This document shows positions 1 through 7,844 of a stretch of DNA of 64,000 nucleotides, in pieces. The notes under the pieces are model-generated. The model worked only from the letters and a program-made list of their open reading frames with translations. It made no database searches and was not told the origin of the DNA. The position numbers and the translations under genes were made by a program. The DNA comes from Burkholderiales bacterium. GTDB lineage: Bacteria > Pseudomonadota > Gammaproteobacteria > Burkholderiales > SG8-41. Where the stretch lies: assembly GCA_019749945.1 (NCBI GenBank), contig JAIEPF010000016.1, forward strand, positions 13,596-77,595, given 5' to 3'. Within the stretch, counting starts at the first letter, position 1. Each line of letters opens with the position of its first letter.

Positions 1-224
1 AAGGCGGTCGGTGCGCCCGTGCAGATGATCTCATGAGTGCATGATCATGGGGACATGAGTCAGGGATAAGTGCGGTGAAATGGGGCAGCGTAACGGTCCG
101 GACCGTTACGCGGGTTCCATGGATCGCCGCTTGCTTTAACCGGCAATCATTCAAGCGCCAGTGTTCCCGGTGGTTGCACTGGTCTGACCGGTACGGGCGA
201 ATCACGGGTATCGCAAAAGCCGGC

Positions 225-548
225 TCAAGCGATACCGGCAAACACCGCGAGTGAGCGATTGACCTTGAGCATCGTGGCGTCGTCGAGGCGGCCGATCACG
301 GCGCCGACCCGTTCCCGCGGCACCGACAGGATCTTGTCGATCTGGATTTGCGAGATGTTTTGCAGCCCGTTGTCCGGCCCCGGGTCCACCGTGATGCGGA
401 AGATGGGCGCGTTGCGCAGCTCGCTCGTCACCAGGCACAAGGCCACGCTGGGCAACTCGTCGAACAGGTCCGACTGGATGACCAGCGCCGGGCGCGGTTT
501 GCCGTAATCCCCGGGCGCCGCAACGGTCACCAAGTCACCGCGCCGCAT
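225..548 (-). CDS. Type II toxin, PemK/MazF family
   Basis: 107-aa ORF. N-terminus MRRGDLVTV...GKPRPALVIQSD and size are typical of PemK/MazF toxins. Overlaps the upstream small antitoxin ORF by 14 nt. Confidence 0.8.
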   Translation of the reverse strand: MRRGDLVTVAAPGDYGKPRPALVIQSDLFDELPSVALCLVTSELRNAPIFRITVDPGPDNGLQNISQIQIDKILSVPRERVGAVIGRLDDATMLKVNRSLAVFAGIA

Positions 549-747
549 CGTCCGTCCATGCCGCGGTCTGGCCGATGAACGCCAGCGCTTCGGTTTCAGC
601 CGGGTCGCCGCGCAGCAGCGCCGACTGGCGGCGGCATTCCGCTGCGAACACCGGCGAACGCGTGTCGGGCACCCAGAGCTGCACCAGCCGCAGGCCCGAG
701 GCCCGCTGCCGCACGCGGTACTTTTTCATGCGTTCGTTGACTTCCAT
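535..747 (-). CDS. MazE-like antitoxin (DUF3018-type)
   Basis: 70-aa ORF directly upstream of and overlapping the PemK/MazF ORF. The pattern MKKYRxRxRxxGLRxVQxWVPD is typical of the DUF3018 antitoxin family. GGGGG Shine-Dalgarno lies before the ATG. Confidence 0.7.
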   Translation of the reverse strand: MEVNERMKKYRVRQRASGLRLVQLWVPDTRSPVFAAECRRQSALLRGDPAETEALAFIGQTAAWTDDAAR

Positions 748-756
748 GGCGCCCCC

Positions 757-783
757 GTAACATGTTACGCAGCCATGTTATGG
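757..783. promoter_or_regulatory. Candidate operator of the MazEF-like operon
   Basis: Perfect 12-bp palindrome GTAACATGTTAC (757-768) and a second CCATGTTATGG element (773-783). Both share CATGTTA and lie 10-36 nt upstream of the antitoxin start. Confidence 0.3.
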
Positions 784-1040
784 CAACCGGAAGGCAGAAG
801 CAAGCCGTCATCCGATGGCAAACTCACCATCAAACAATCAATAACTATCTGTTTTTAATACAATAATTAAGTCAGCAATCACTCACTTCAGGACCCGGGC
901 GGCCGTGATCACCCGGGTCATGGTGATCACGGAATCCGGGATTGTGCCGATTCATGTCGGCAGCCATGACGAGGTGTATTGAGGGCTGAGTTTAAGAACC
1001 GGTGATGCAGGCCAGATCAATCGATACCGGTACCGGGGGC

Positions 1041-1616
1041 TCACTCGAGCGCCAGCGGCAACGGCCGGCCGTGGGCGATCAGCGTGTCGCGGATGAAATC
1101 CCGCCATTGTCGGGCGGGCTGCCACACGCGCAGCACATCATCGTAGGCCTGGTCCGGGTCTTCCTTGAGTGCAATCGCACGGTACAGGAATACGAAGCTC
1201 GAGGCGCGCAGGTTGATCTGGCAGTGAACCAGCACGCGTTTACCGCGCTGCGAATCGAGTATGCGCGCAAACTGTGCAAAGTCTTCAGGCATCGGCGCCG
1301 CAAAATCCACCGGGATATTGAAATAGCGCATGCCGCGCTGGGTCACCAGTGCCTCTTCATCGTCATGCGCACCCAAAACATTCGCCGGCGCCAGACTGAT
1401 GACGGTATCGAATCCGGCATTGGCGATGCCGGCGAATTGTGATCGCGTCGGCATGCCGGCGGAAGAAATCCGGGGGGTGTTCTCCACATAGTTCAGCGCC
1501 AGCGGGCCGGGGCTGACCATGAAGGGCATTGCGACGCGGCCAAAGACGATCAGCCCCGCGATCAACATGGCGGTGAATGTCAGGTAATCTGCCAGACGTG
1601 AACGATCAGCGAACAT
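1041..1616 (-). CDS. Membrane-anchored dual-specificity/tyrosine phosphatase-like protein (CX5R)
   Basis: N-terminal hydrophobic helix followed by the HCQINLRAS motif (HCX5R-S/T P-loop). Start chosen at the second ATG, which is preceded by GGGGGA. Confidence 0.65.
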   Translation of the reverse strand: MFADRSRLADYLTFTAMLIAGLIVFGRVAMPFMVSPGPLALNYVENTPRISSAGMPTRSQFAGIANAGFDTVISLAPANVLGAHDDEEALVTQRGMRYFNIPVDFAAPMPEDFAQFARILDSQRGKRVLVHCQINLRASSFVFLYRAIALKEDPDQAYDDVLRVWQPARQWRDFIRDTLIAHGRPLPLALE

Positions 1617-1674
1617 GGTTCCCCCGGATATCATGGGTCATCAACTGTGGTGAATCATTGACCTTCGTGACTCA

Positions 1675-1848
1675 TCAAGCGCACACGCAACCCTGCTCGG
1701 CGCCCTCGCAACCACAGGACTGCCTGCAATCGCATTGCGGCGGCAGGGCCATCGCCGGCGCGATGGAGGTGCCGGTCTGGCAGCCGCAGGGGCAGCCGGC
1801 GCCGGGGCAGTTGCAGCAGTTGCATTGGGCATTCATCGCCTGGCTCAT
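1675..1848 (-). CDS. 57-aa cysteine-rich metallothionein-like protein
   Basis: ATG at 1848 preceded by AAGGAAG. 13 Cys of 57 residues in CxC/CC/CxxC clusters, with no His or aromatic residues. It is the 3' part of a longer 199-aa ORF in the track. Confidence 0.55.
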   Translation of the reverse strand: MSQAMNAQCNCCNCPGAGCPCGCQTGTSIAPAMALPPQCDCRQSCGCEGAEQGCVCA

Positions 1849-2094
1849 GAAAAACTTCCTTATTAACAAGTATTTATGGTTGCGGACGGGCTTGTCCGAC
1901 ACCGGCATTGTGCTGGCCGGGCGCGTTTTCCACTTGAATGAAAGGGCTGACTTGCGGCGGGAAGGATGCAGCGCGTGAGCACCGCGCAGATTCGTGCGCC
2001 AGCCGCGGCGAAGCCCGTGCGCATCGCCGCACTCAAGATCGGCGTCGGGCGCGTCTGCATGTGACAGGGTGGCAGCCTGTGGATCGGGCGCGAG

Positions 2095-2802
2095 GTGGGG
2101 CGCGCGCAGCCCCACGCCCACCACGGCATACAGATCTCTCTGTCGCTGGATGGACCCGCCGGAAAACTCCTGCTGCGCAGTGGCACAGATGGCGAGTGGC
2201 CTGCTTTCAGGGCGGCCATCGTCAGGCCCAACCGCCGGCATGCGTTCGACGGCCTGGGCGGTTCCGTCGCCCAACTCTTTGTCGAGCCCGAAACCGTGCG
2301 GGGCCGCAGCCTGCTCAAGCGCTATGCGGTGGAGGACATCACCGCATTGCCGCTGGAAATGATTGAACCCGCATTAAACCGGCTGGCGAAGCGGTATGCG
2401 AAGGGCGGTGACATTCAGGCGCTGGTCGCGATCAGCCAGGGCATTGTCGACACGCTGGCCGGTGCGGAGCGCGCGCAACCTTCCGCGAATCCGCGCATCG
2501 CGGCGGCGATCGAATTCATCTCGCAGCACATGACCTCAACCCTCACGCTGCAGCAGGTGGCGGCCGCGGTGCATCTGTCACCCAGCCGACTGCGGCACCT
2601 CTTCGTGCAGGAAACGGGGACCACCTATCGTGGCTATGTGCTGTGGCTGCGCATCAACCGTGCAGTGGTGGCCATGATGGATGGCCGCAGCTGGACCGAG
2701 GCGGCCCATGAAACCGGATTTGCCGATTCGGCGCATCTCAGCCGGACGTTTCGGCGGATGTTTGGCATTTCGCCGGCGATGTTGATCAAGGAGAAGCGGT
2801 AG
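2095..2802 (+). CDS. AraC family transcriptional regulator
   Basis: C-terminal double HTH region (LTLQQVAAAVHLSPSRLRHLF ... FADSAHLSRTFRRMFGISP). The start codon is uncertain. Confidence 0.8.
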   Translation: MGRAQPHAHHGIQISLSLDGPAGKLLLRSGTDGEWPAFRAAIVRPNRRHAFDGLGGSVAQLFVEPETVRGRSLLKRYAVEDITALPLEMIEPALNRLAKRYAKGGDIQALVAISQGIVDTLAGAERAQPSANPRIAAAIEFISQHMTSTLTLQQVAAAVHLSPSRLRHLFVQETGTTYRGYVLWLRINRAVVAMMDGRSWTEAAHETGFADSAHLSRTFRRMFGISPAMLIKEKR

Positions 2803-5345
2803 GTAATCTCAATAAATCGACCCGGTAACGAAGGTTTTTCTCGGGCTCTCTTCGGATAGGATCTTGTCATTCGAGATGAGTGAATCGAACAAGAGGGAGT
2901 GAAAAAAGGATTAGGAACTTTTGGTTTTGTTGGCCCTATTTATATCTAGGTGCTGCAAATTGTTTTGGCGATAGCCAAGAGTTCACCTGGTATTTTTTCC
3001 CTTGTCACGGATAATTGTTTGATGAGAGAATTTTGTAGCGGTATTGAATTCGAGATCCCAAACCGCTTGGCACACATTGCAAGAAGTTCCTTGCCGGGAA
3101 AGAGTTGAAGCCATTGGTCAGAGTTCAACGCGCCCGCCACTTGCTTTTCCGCTGCATTAAGAACTTCATTAATGGCCGATTCAGACAAGGTTGTTTGAAA
3201 TTCAGCATGTATGCGTTGTGTGGACTCAAGGAGTTTAGTGCGCAGTATCTCTTGATGCTGAGTGACAGGAGTAACGCTACCGATAGTAAAGTACGACTCC
3301 GAAGTAAGTATTCTCCCAAGTGAAAAGTCTTGCGGTCTAACGGTCAAGTTGAGTCGGAACGCGACCATATCTCTGATAACGCTAGACGAGAGCTTATACG
3401 CATTCTCAAGAAAAATAGATTTTAATTCGACGGGAGTTTTTTGGAGCTGAAAAACTTCGGCAAGTACTTTTTGAATAAGCTCGAAATCAAGTAGATAGTT
3501 TTCAAGTTCGTGGCTTGACAGTACAAATATCCGTCCTGATGGGTGGGAACGATAACTATTGACCATTTCCTCAGTTAGATAATCCCGATCGCGTATAAGA
3601 GAAAATCTCATCCAGCCAAAATTGGCCTCCAAGATTGAGAGTATTGCCGCGTTAATACGATTCAGGGCGCCACTTGCTGTTGCGGGAATAAGTTTGACGG
3701 CCGCGTCGTCTTCTGAAAAAACGCTAGAAAAAAGTTTTCTGTCTTGACTGGTATTTTCGCCCTCTAAAAAGACAAGATTTTTGGCGACGCCGATGTATCC
3801 GGAGAAGCCAAATAAGTTTCTTAGTTCAGCTAGCGCCTCATTTTCATCGGTTGCTGCGATAAGTTTTGATTTCCGAGTCGCGGCGTCACGTGCTAGGTAA
3901 AGAACTTTGTCTCGTCCCGCCTCATCAATTATTTCGGCATTGTGTGTGGCCACCCATATCTGGTTTCCTGCCTTGATGGCTTTGATGTTTTGAATAAGTA
4001 GTCTTGACAATTCCGGGTGCAAATGAAGCTCGGGCTCATCGATAACAATAATTGCATTTTCGACGTTGTGACGAATAAAAAATGAAAGGATAAAAAATAC
4101 TTCTTTCTCTCCGGACGACAGATCGTTGAAAGTGATGACTTCCCCGGAGGGGATTTGAATAAACAAGTTCGAAGGAACTGGTTCATCGGGATTTGAAAAT
4201 TTGTATTCAGGAAAGAGTCTACTCAATAACTTTTCGTACGGAACAAGTGGGTCTTCAGGTTTTTGATTGACGGCGGCACCTTTGTTAATGGCGTCGTGAT
4301 ATGCGCCTAGTGCACGCAAATAATGGTAACGTTGCTGCACTAAAAACTCATACATTTCTCGATACTGAATGTCGCTGGTATTAAATGCCATCGACCACAA
4401 ATGCTCTTTGCGGCTAACGGTTTCAAATTCAAAAATTTTGTTGCGATCGAAAGATCGTTGAGGGTAGTTTCGATCTGCACGTAAAAAGAAACCTAAGGAG
4501 CGTTTAAGAATGTCTTTTAACTCTCGGGTGGCATACGAATGTAAATGGTTGTGTAAAGATTGGTCTTTTTGATATTCACCTTCAGTGTAGTTAAAGGCGC
4601 GATAGTAAATATTGCTCCGTCCTAGATACTCAAGCATTTGAAGGTGATGTTTGTATCCCCTGTTGTATTCTTCGGTTAACGCTTGGGTTCTTGCGGACTT
4701 TTGTTCAGGTGTGAAATCAGATTGCGCTACTACCCCCAATATTTTTTCATTGAGCAGTTTTTTGGGCTCCGATAGTTCATGATTTAGTTTGTCTCGAATG
4801 ATTGAGCATTCCTCCAACGTTAGTCCAATTCCAACCTCAAACGAAAAGCTTTCAAATGTTCTACCTAAACTCCAGTTCAGGCTGTAAGAGTTTGATAGCG
4901 CGTAACTGATGAGTTCTAGAACCGAGCTCTTTCCGCTGCCATTTGGACCGGCGAAGGCAATTAGATCAGAGAATTTTCCGAATAGATGTAAGGGGCCAAT
5001 AAACTCATTTTCTAAATGGCGAAACTTTTTTATTGAAACTGAGCTGATATACATTGGTGCGGCTCCTCATTTCCTATTTAAGCGTTTCCGAGGTAGTGAT
5101 GGGTCATATGTTTGTTGCATCAAAAGCAATATTTCGAACTAAGAATGGATGCGTGAGTTTGATGGCTACTTTCGTCAATAAAAAATTAGGGACCCAGTGT
5201 TTGTGCGGCCAGTTACATTTATAACAACTTAAATCCCTTTTTCAGCAGCTTGTTTGCACTTGAAATTCTCTCTCCTTGTTGTTCAATCCACGGCTTATCA
5301 AGGTCTAATGATGCGATTGCATCTGAGCTACGGCACCGAGATTCC
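2803..5345. mobile_element. AT-rich genomic islet (probable horizontal acquisition; no recombinase gene present)
   Basis: Composition changes abruptly from GC-rich to AT-rich immediately after the AraC stop. It returns to GC-rich at the duplicated lyase 3' segment near 5350. Confidence 0.55.
2946..5054 (-). CDS. ABC/AAA-type ATPase fused to a DUF4435/TOPRIM-like nuclease domain (OLD / PARIS AriA-AriB-like defence candidate)
   Basis: 702 aa. Walker A GPNGSGKS (aa 36-43), ABC signature LSSGE (312-316), Walker B IIVIDEPE (335-342), H-loop THN (370-372). These are followed by FLEGENTSQD (429-438), IRDRDY (487-492) and HELENY (515-520), which resemble TOPRIM/DUF4435 acidic motifs. Confidence 0.8.
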   Translation of the reverse strand: MYISSVSIKKFRHLENEFIGPLHLFGKFSDLIAFAGPNGSGKSSVLELISYALSNSYSLNWSLGRTFESFSFEVGIGLTLEECSIIRDKLNHELSEPKKLLNEKILGVVAQSDFTPEQKSARTQALTEEYNRGYKHHLQMLEYLGRSNIYYRAFNYTEGEYQKDQSLHNHLHSYATRELKDILKRSLGFFLRADRNYPQRSFDRNKIFEFETVSRKEHLWSMAFNTSDIQYREMYEFLVQQRYHYLRALGAYHDAINKGAAVNQKPEDPLVPYEKLLSRLFPEYKFSNPDEPVPSNLFIQIPSGEVITFNDLSSGEKEVFFILSFFIRHNVENAIIVIDEPELHLHPELSRLLIQNIKAIKAGNQIWVATHNAEIIDEAGRDKVLYLARDAATRKSKLIAATDENEALAELRNLFGFSGYIGVAKNLVFLEGENTSQDRKLFSSVFSEDDAAVKLIPATASGALNRINAAILSILEANFGWMRFSLIRDRDYLTEEMVNSYRSHPSGRIFVLSSHELENYLLDFELIQKVLAEVFQLQKTPVELKSIFLENAYKLSSSVIRDMVAFRLNLTVRPQDFSLGRILTSESYFTIGSVTPVTQHQEILRTKLLESTQRIHAEFQTTLSESAINEVLNAAEKQVAGALNSDQWLQLFPGKELLAMCAKRFGISNSIPLQNSLIKQLSVTREKIPGELLAIAKTICST

Positions 5346-5432
5346 TTGGTCTGTGGTCCCCCCAACCCCTTCCGCCCAAACACCATATATTCCGCACTGA
5401 TCACCTCGCGGAAATCCGCTGCCGTCAGGGGC
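5219..5432 (-). pseudogene. Displaced 3' fragment of the argininosuccinate-lyase-like gene
   Basis: Translates to ISAEYMVFGRKGLGGPQTKE, matching ISAETMVFGRKGLGGPQVKE near the C-terminus of the 6255-7706 gene. It has no N-terminal part. Confidence 0.6.
5351..5431. repeat. Direct repeat copy A (~81 bp, about 88 percent identical to 6402-6482)
   Basis: Aligned by eye: ctgtggtccccccaaccccttccgcccaaacaccata... versus ctgcggcccgcccaaccccttccgcccgaacaccata..., with 10 mismatches and no gaps. Confidence 0.8.
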
Positions 5433-5478
5433 GACCAATGGGGTCATGGGCGACCAATGCTAGGACCAATGGGGTCAG
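5433..5478. repeat. GACCAATGGGGTCA repeats next to repeat copy A
   Basis: GACCAATGGGGTCA occurs at 5433-5446 and 5465-5478, with a half copy CGACCAATGC at 5451-5460. Each unit has GACC/GGTC inverted arms. Confidence 0.5.
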
Positions 5479-5518
5479 GTCTAGCAAAGTAGCTCGTCCC
5501 TACATCCTGGCCGGTGAC

Positions 5519-5881
5519 TTAAGCCGCCTTGCGCGCCCGGGCACGACTCGGCACGCGTTTGGGGCCGGGCGCAGTCGAGTGCGCCGCGTTGAACGCGGCT
5601 CGAACTGCGGCCGGTTGTTTTGACGCGACCAGCAGCAGGGCGCGCGCGGGGCCATGCGGCTCTCGCCGGGCCTGCTCCCAATTGCGCAGCGTGCCGAGGC
5701 TGACGCCCATGAAGCCCGCGAATTCGGGCTGTGACAGGCCCAGTTCCTTGCGGATGGCCGGTACGTCAGCGGCAGTGGGCATGTCGACGACGTGGGTCTT
5801 CAGCTTCACTTCGCCACGGCGCCAGGCCTTGAGCTCTTCAAGGCCGGCGATGATTTCTTTGCCGATGTTGCGCTTGTTCAT
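5519..5881 (-). CDS. XRE-type HTH antitoxin (HigA-like)
   Basis: 120 aa with the HTH segment LGLSQPEFAGFMGVSLGTLRNWEQ. It lies downstream of the RelE/HigB-like toxin and overlaps it by 4 nt (ATGA). Confidence 0.8.
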   Translation of the reverse strand: MNKRNIGKEIIAGLEELKAWRRGEVKLKTHVVDMPTAADVPAIRKELGLSQPEFAGFMGVSLGTLRNWEQARREPHGPARALLLVASKQPAAVRAAFNAAHSTAPGPKRVPSRARARKAA

Positions 5882-6192
5882 TTGAATTCCTCAATGAGTT
5901 TGACCACTTGCTTCAGTTCGGCGGCGCTCAGGTTTCCTTTTTCGCTTTTTCCGTACAGCGTGAGAAACATGATCTGGTCTTCCGCCGTGAGCCAGTAATA
6001 GATCACGCGCAGGCCGCCCGACTTGCCCTTGCCGCCGGCGGCCCAGCGCACCTTGCGCACGCCGCCGGAACCGCGGATCACCGCGCCGGCGTCGGGCTGC
6101 ACCATCAGGTGGTTCTGCAGCGCCCGATAGTCTTCGTCGCCGAGGTATTCCCCCCGCAGCTTGCTGAACAGGCTGGCTTCGATGAATATCAT
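5878..6192 (-). CDS. RelE/ParE-superfamily toxin (HigB-like)
   Basis: 104 aa. The segment GGVRKVRWAAGGKGKSGGLRVIYYW...MFLTLYGKSEKGNLS is typical of HigB-type toxins. The toxin-first gene order matches HigBA. Confidence 0.8.
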   Translation of the reverse strand: MIFIEASLFSKLRGEYLGDEDYRALQNHLMVQPDAGAVIRGSGGVRKVRWAAGGKGKSGGLRVIYYWLTAEDQIMFLTLYGKSEKGNLSAAELKQVVKLIEEFK

Positions 6193-6254
6193 GGAGGAAT
6201 ATACGCCGTTGACGTATAGTAGGTCAATGACGCAGTATCGACTGTGGCCGGAGG

Positions 6255-7706
6255 TTACACCGGGCCGCCGTGCAGCGCCTGGAACGCACGATCGGCATGA
6301 GCCGCGCTCCGCGAGAGGTTTTCCGCCTTGTTGTTACGCCATGCCGCGCAGGCGCTGGCGAGGGTTCGGGTCGTTGCGAGCATGCGCTGCGTCTCTTTGA
6401 CCTGCGGCCCGCCCAACCCCTTCCGCCCGAACACCATAGTTTCCGCACTGATCGCCTCGCGGAATTCCGCTTCCGTCAGCGGCAGTTTATCCTTCGCCTG
6501 TTCCTCGTAAATCCGCTGCGCTTCGCTGTAGGGGATTTCGTGGATTTTCAGGCCCTTGCCGCGGCCGTAGTCGGTCAGCTTGCTGGCGAAATGGTGGCCG
6601 GTGCGGAAGGGCACTTCAGCTTTTTGTAGCAGGGCGTCGGCGATTTCGGTGGTGGTGGAGTAATCGGCGTTTACTTCTTCCAGCGCGCGTGCCTTGTTGA
6701 CCACCACTGCATCGACCACGCTGCCGAAGAGTTTGAACACCGTCAGCGCGCGGGCATAGGGCACCGGGTCATACATGCGGTAATCAAACATGCCGGTGCG
6801 GTTGTTGTGCGCGACAAAGGTCATGGTCTGCATTTCACTGAGCAGGATGCTGGACTGCGCGCGCAGTTGTTCGAGGGCGGCGGGGTTGCGCTTCTGCGGC
6901 ATGATGCTGCTGGTGCCGGTGAGTTCGCCGCTGCCGAGCATGAACCACGGTGTCGGGTTGGCGTACTGGGTGTGCAGGTCCTGCGCGAACATGCCGGTCT
7001 GCACCGCGGTCATCGCCCAGGCATTGGCGACGTCGAGCGCGCTGTCGATGGGTGCCAAGTGGTTGGCGTCGTAGGCGTTTTCGACCAGCCCGACAAAACC
7101 CAATAACTCGGCTAAGCGGTGCCGGTCGAGCGGGAAGCTGGAGGTCGCCAGTGCCGCCGTGCCCAGCGGGCATTGGTTCACCCGCGTGTAGGCCTGCTGC
7201 AAGCGCTCGGTCGCGCGCGCGAGGGCGGATTCAAAGGCCAGCAGGTAATGCGCGAACGTCGTCGGCTGCGCCTGCACGCCGTGGGTGTAGGCGGGGATGA
7301 TGGTTTCGATATGTTCTTCCGCGCGTTTGAGCAGTTTCTCGCGTGCTTCGATCAGCGCGCCGATGGTGTGCAGCAGGCCGTCGCGCAGGTTCATCCGCGC
7401 AATGGTCGAGGCCAGGTCCTGCCGGCTGCGGCCGGTGTGCAACCGCGAGGCTTCCTGTCCGGCGACGGCGATCAGGCGCGGTTCGTAATCGAGATAGTCC
7501 GCGGAGGTACGCTTCTCACCCGTGCGTTCATTTTCAATCACCTGCGCGATGCCCCTGGCGATGCGCTGCGCAACGTCCTTCGGCACGATGCCGGTCTCGG
7601 CGAGCATGACGATCGAGGCCTTGTTGATTTCATCCAGCCATTCAATCGAACGGCCGCCGCCGCGGAAGCTGGCGTTGATGTCGAGGGTGTGTGCGGAGTC
7701 GCTCAT
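6255..7706 (-). CDS. Argininosuccinate lyase-like enzyme (fumarate lyase superfamily)
   Basis: 483 aa with the fumarate-lyase signature GTSSIMPQKRNP and ArgH-like length and N-terminus. Confidence 0.85.
   Translation of the reverse strand: MSDSAHTLDINASFRGGGRSIEWLDEINKASIVMLAETGIVPKDVAQRIARGIAQVIENERTGEKRTSADYLDYEPRLIAVAGQEASRLHTGRSRQDLASTIARMNLRDGLLHTIGALIEAREKLLKRAEEHIETIIPAYTHGVQAQPTTFAHYLLAFESALARATERLQQAYTRVNQCPLGTAALATSSFPLDRHRLAELLGFVGLVENAYDANHLAPIDSALDVANAWAMTAVQTGMFAQDLHTQYANPTPWFMLGSGELTGTSSIMPQKRNPAALEQLRAQSSILLSEMQTMTFVAHNNRTGMFDYRMYDPVPYARALTVFKLFGSVVDAVVVNKARALEEVNADYSTTTEIADALLQKAEVPFRTGHHFASKLTDYGRGKGLKIHEIPYSEAQRIYEEQAKDKLPLTEAEFREAISAETMVFGRKGLGGPQVKETQRMLATTRTLASACAAWRNNKAENLSRSAAHADRAFQALHGGPV
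6402..6482. repeat. Direct repeat copy B (inside the 3' end of the lyase-like gene)
   Basis: Partner of 5351-5431. Confidence 0.8.
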
Positions 7707-7823
7707 GTTTTTTTCGAGGTGGTTGATGTGGCTGGATACTCATACCACGGTGCTGTCGGGGCGTCATTCCGGCGGAGCCCGCTTTTTGGCTGCGCCGGGA
7801 TGGCGGCGAATCATTTTAAAAAT

Positions 7824-7844
7824 ATCAATAAAATCAATTATTTA
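7824..7844 (+). repeat. AT-rich 21-nt motif ATCAATAAAATCAATTATTTA (family member 1)
   Basis: Near-identical copies at 62557-62577 and 54029-54049 (reverse complement). Contains an exact match to the IHF core WATCAANNNNTTR. Confidence 0.6.

Noticed and set aside
89-110. Perfect 22-bp palindrome CGTAACGGTCCGGACCGTTACG near the left edge
   Set aside because: It has no U-tract, and the flanking genes are cut off by the window edge, so no function can be argued.
903-932. Inverted repeat CCGTGATCAC...GTGATCACGG (each half containing the GTGATCAC palindrome)
   Set aside because: It is real in the sequence, but it lies between a gene end and the distant TA promoter, with no associated regulator or partner copies in the window. 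It is too speculative to call.
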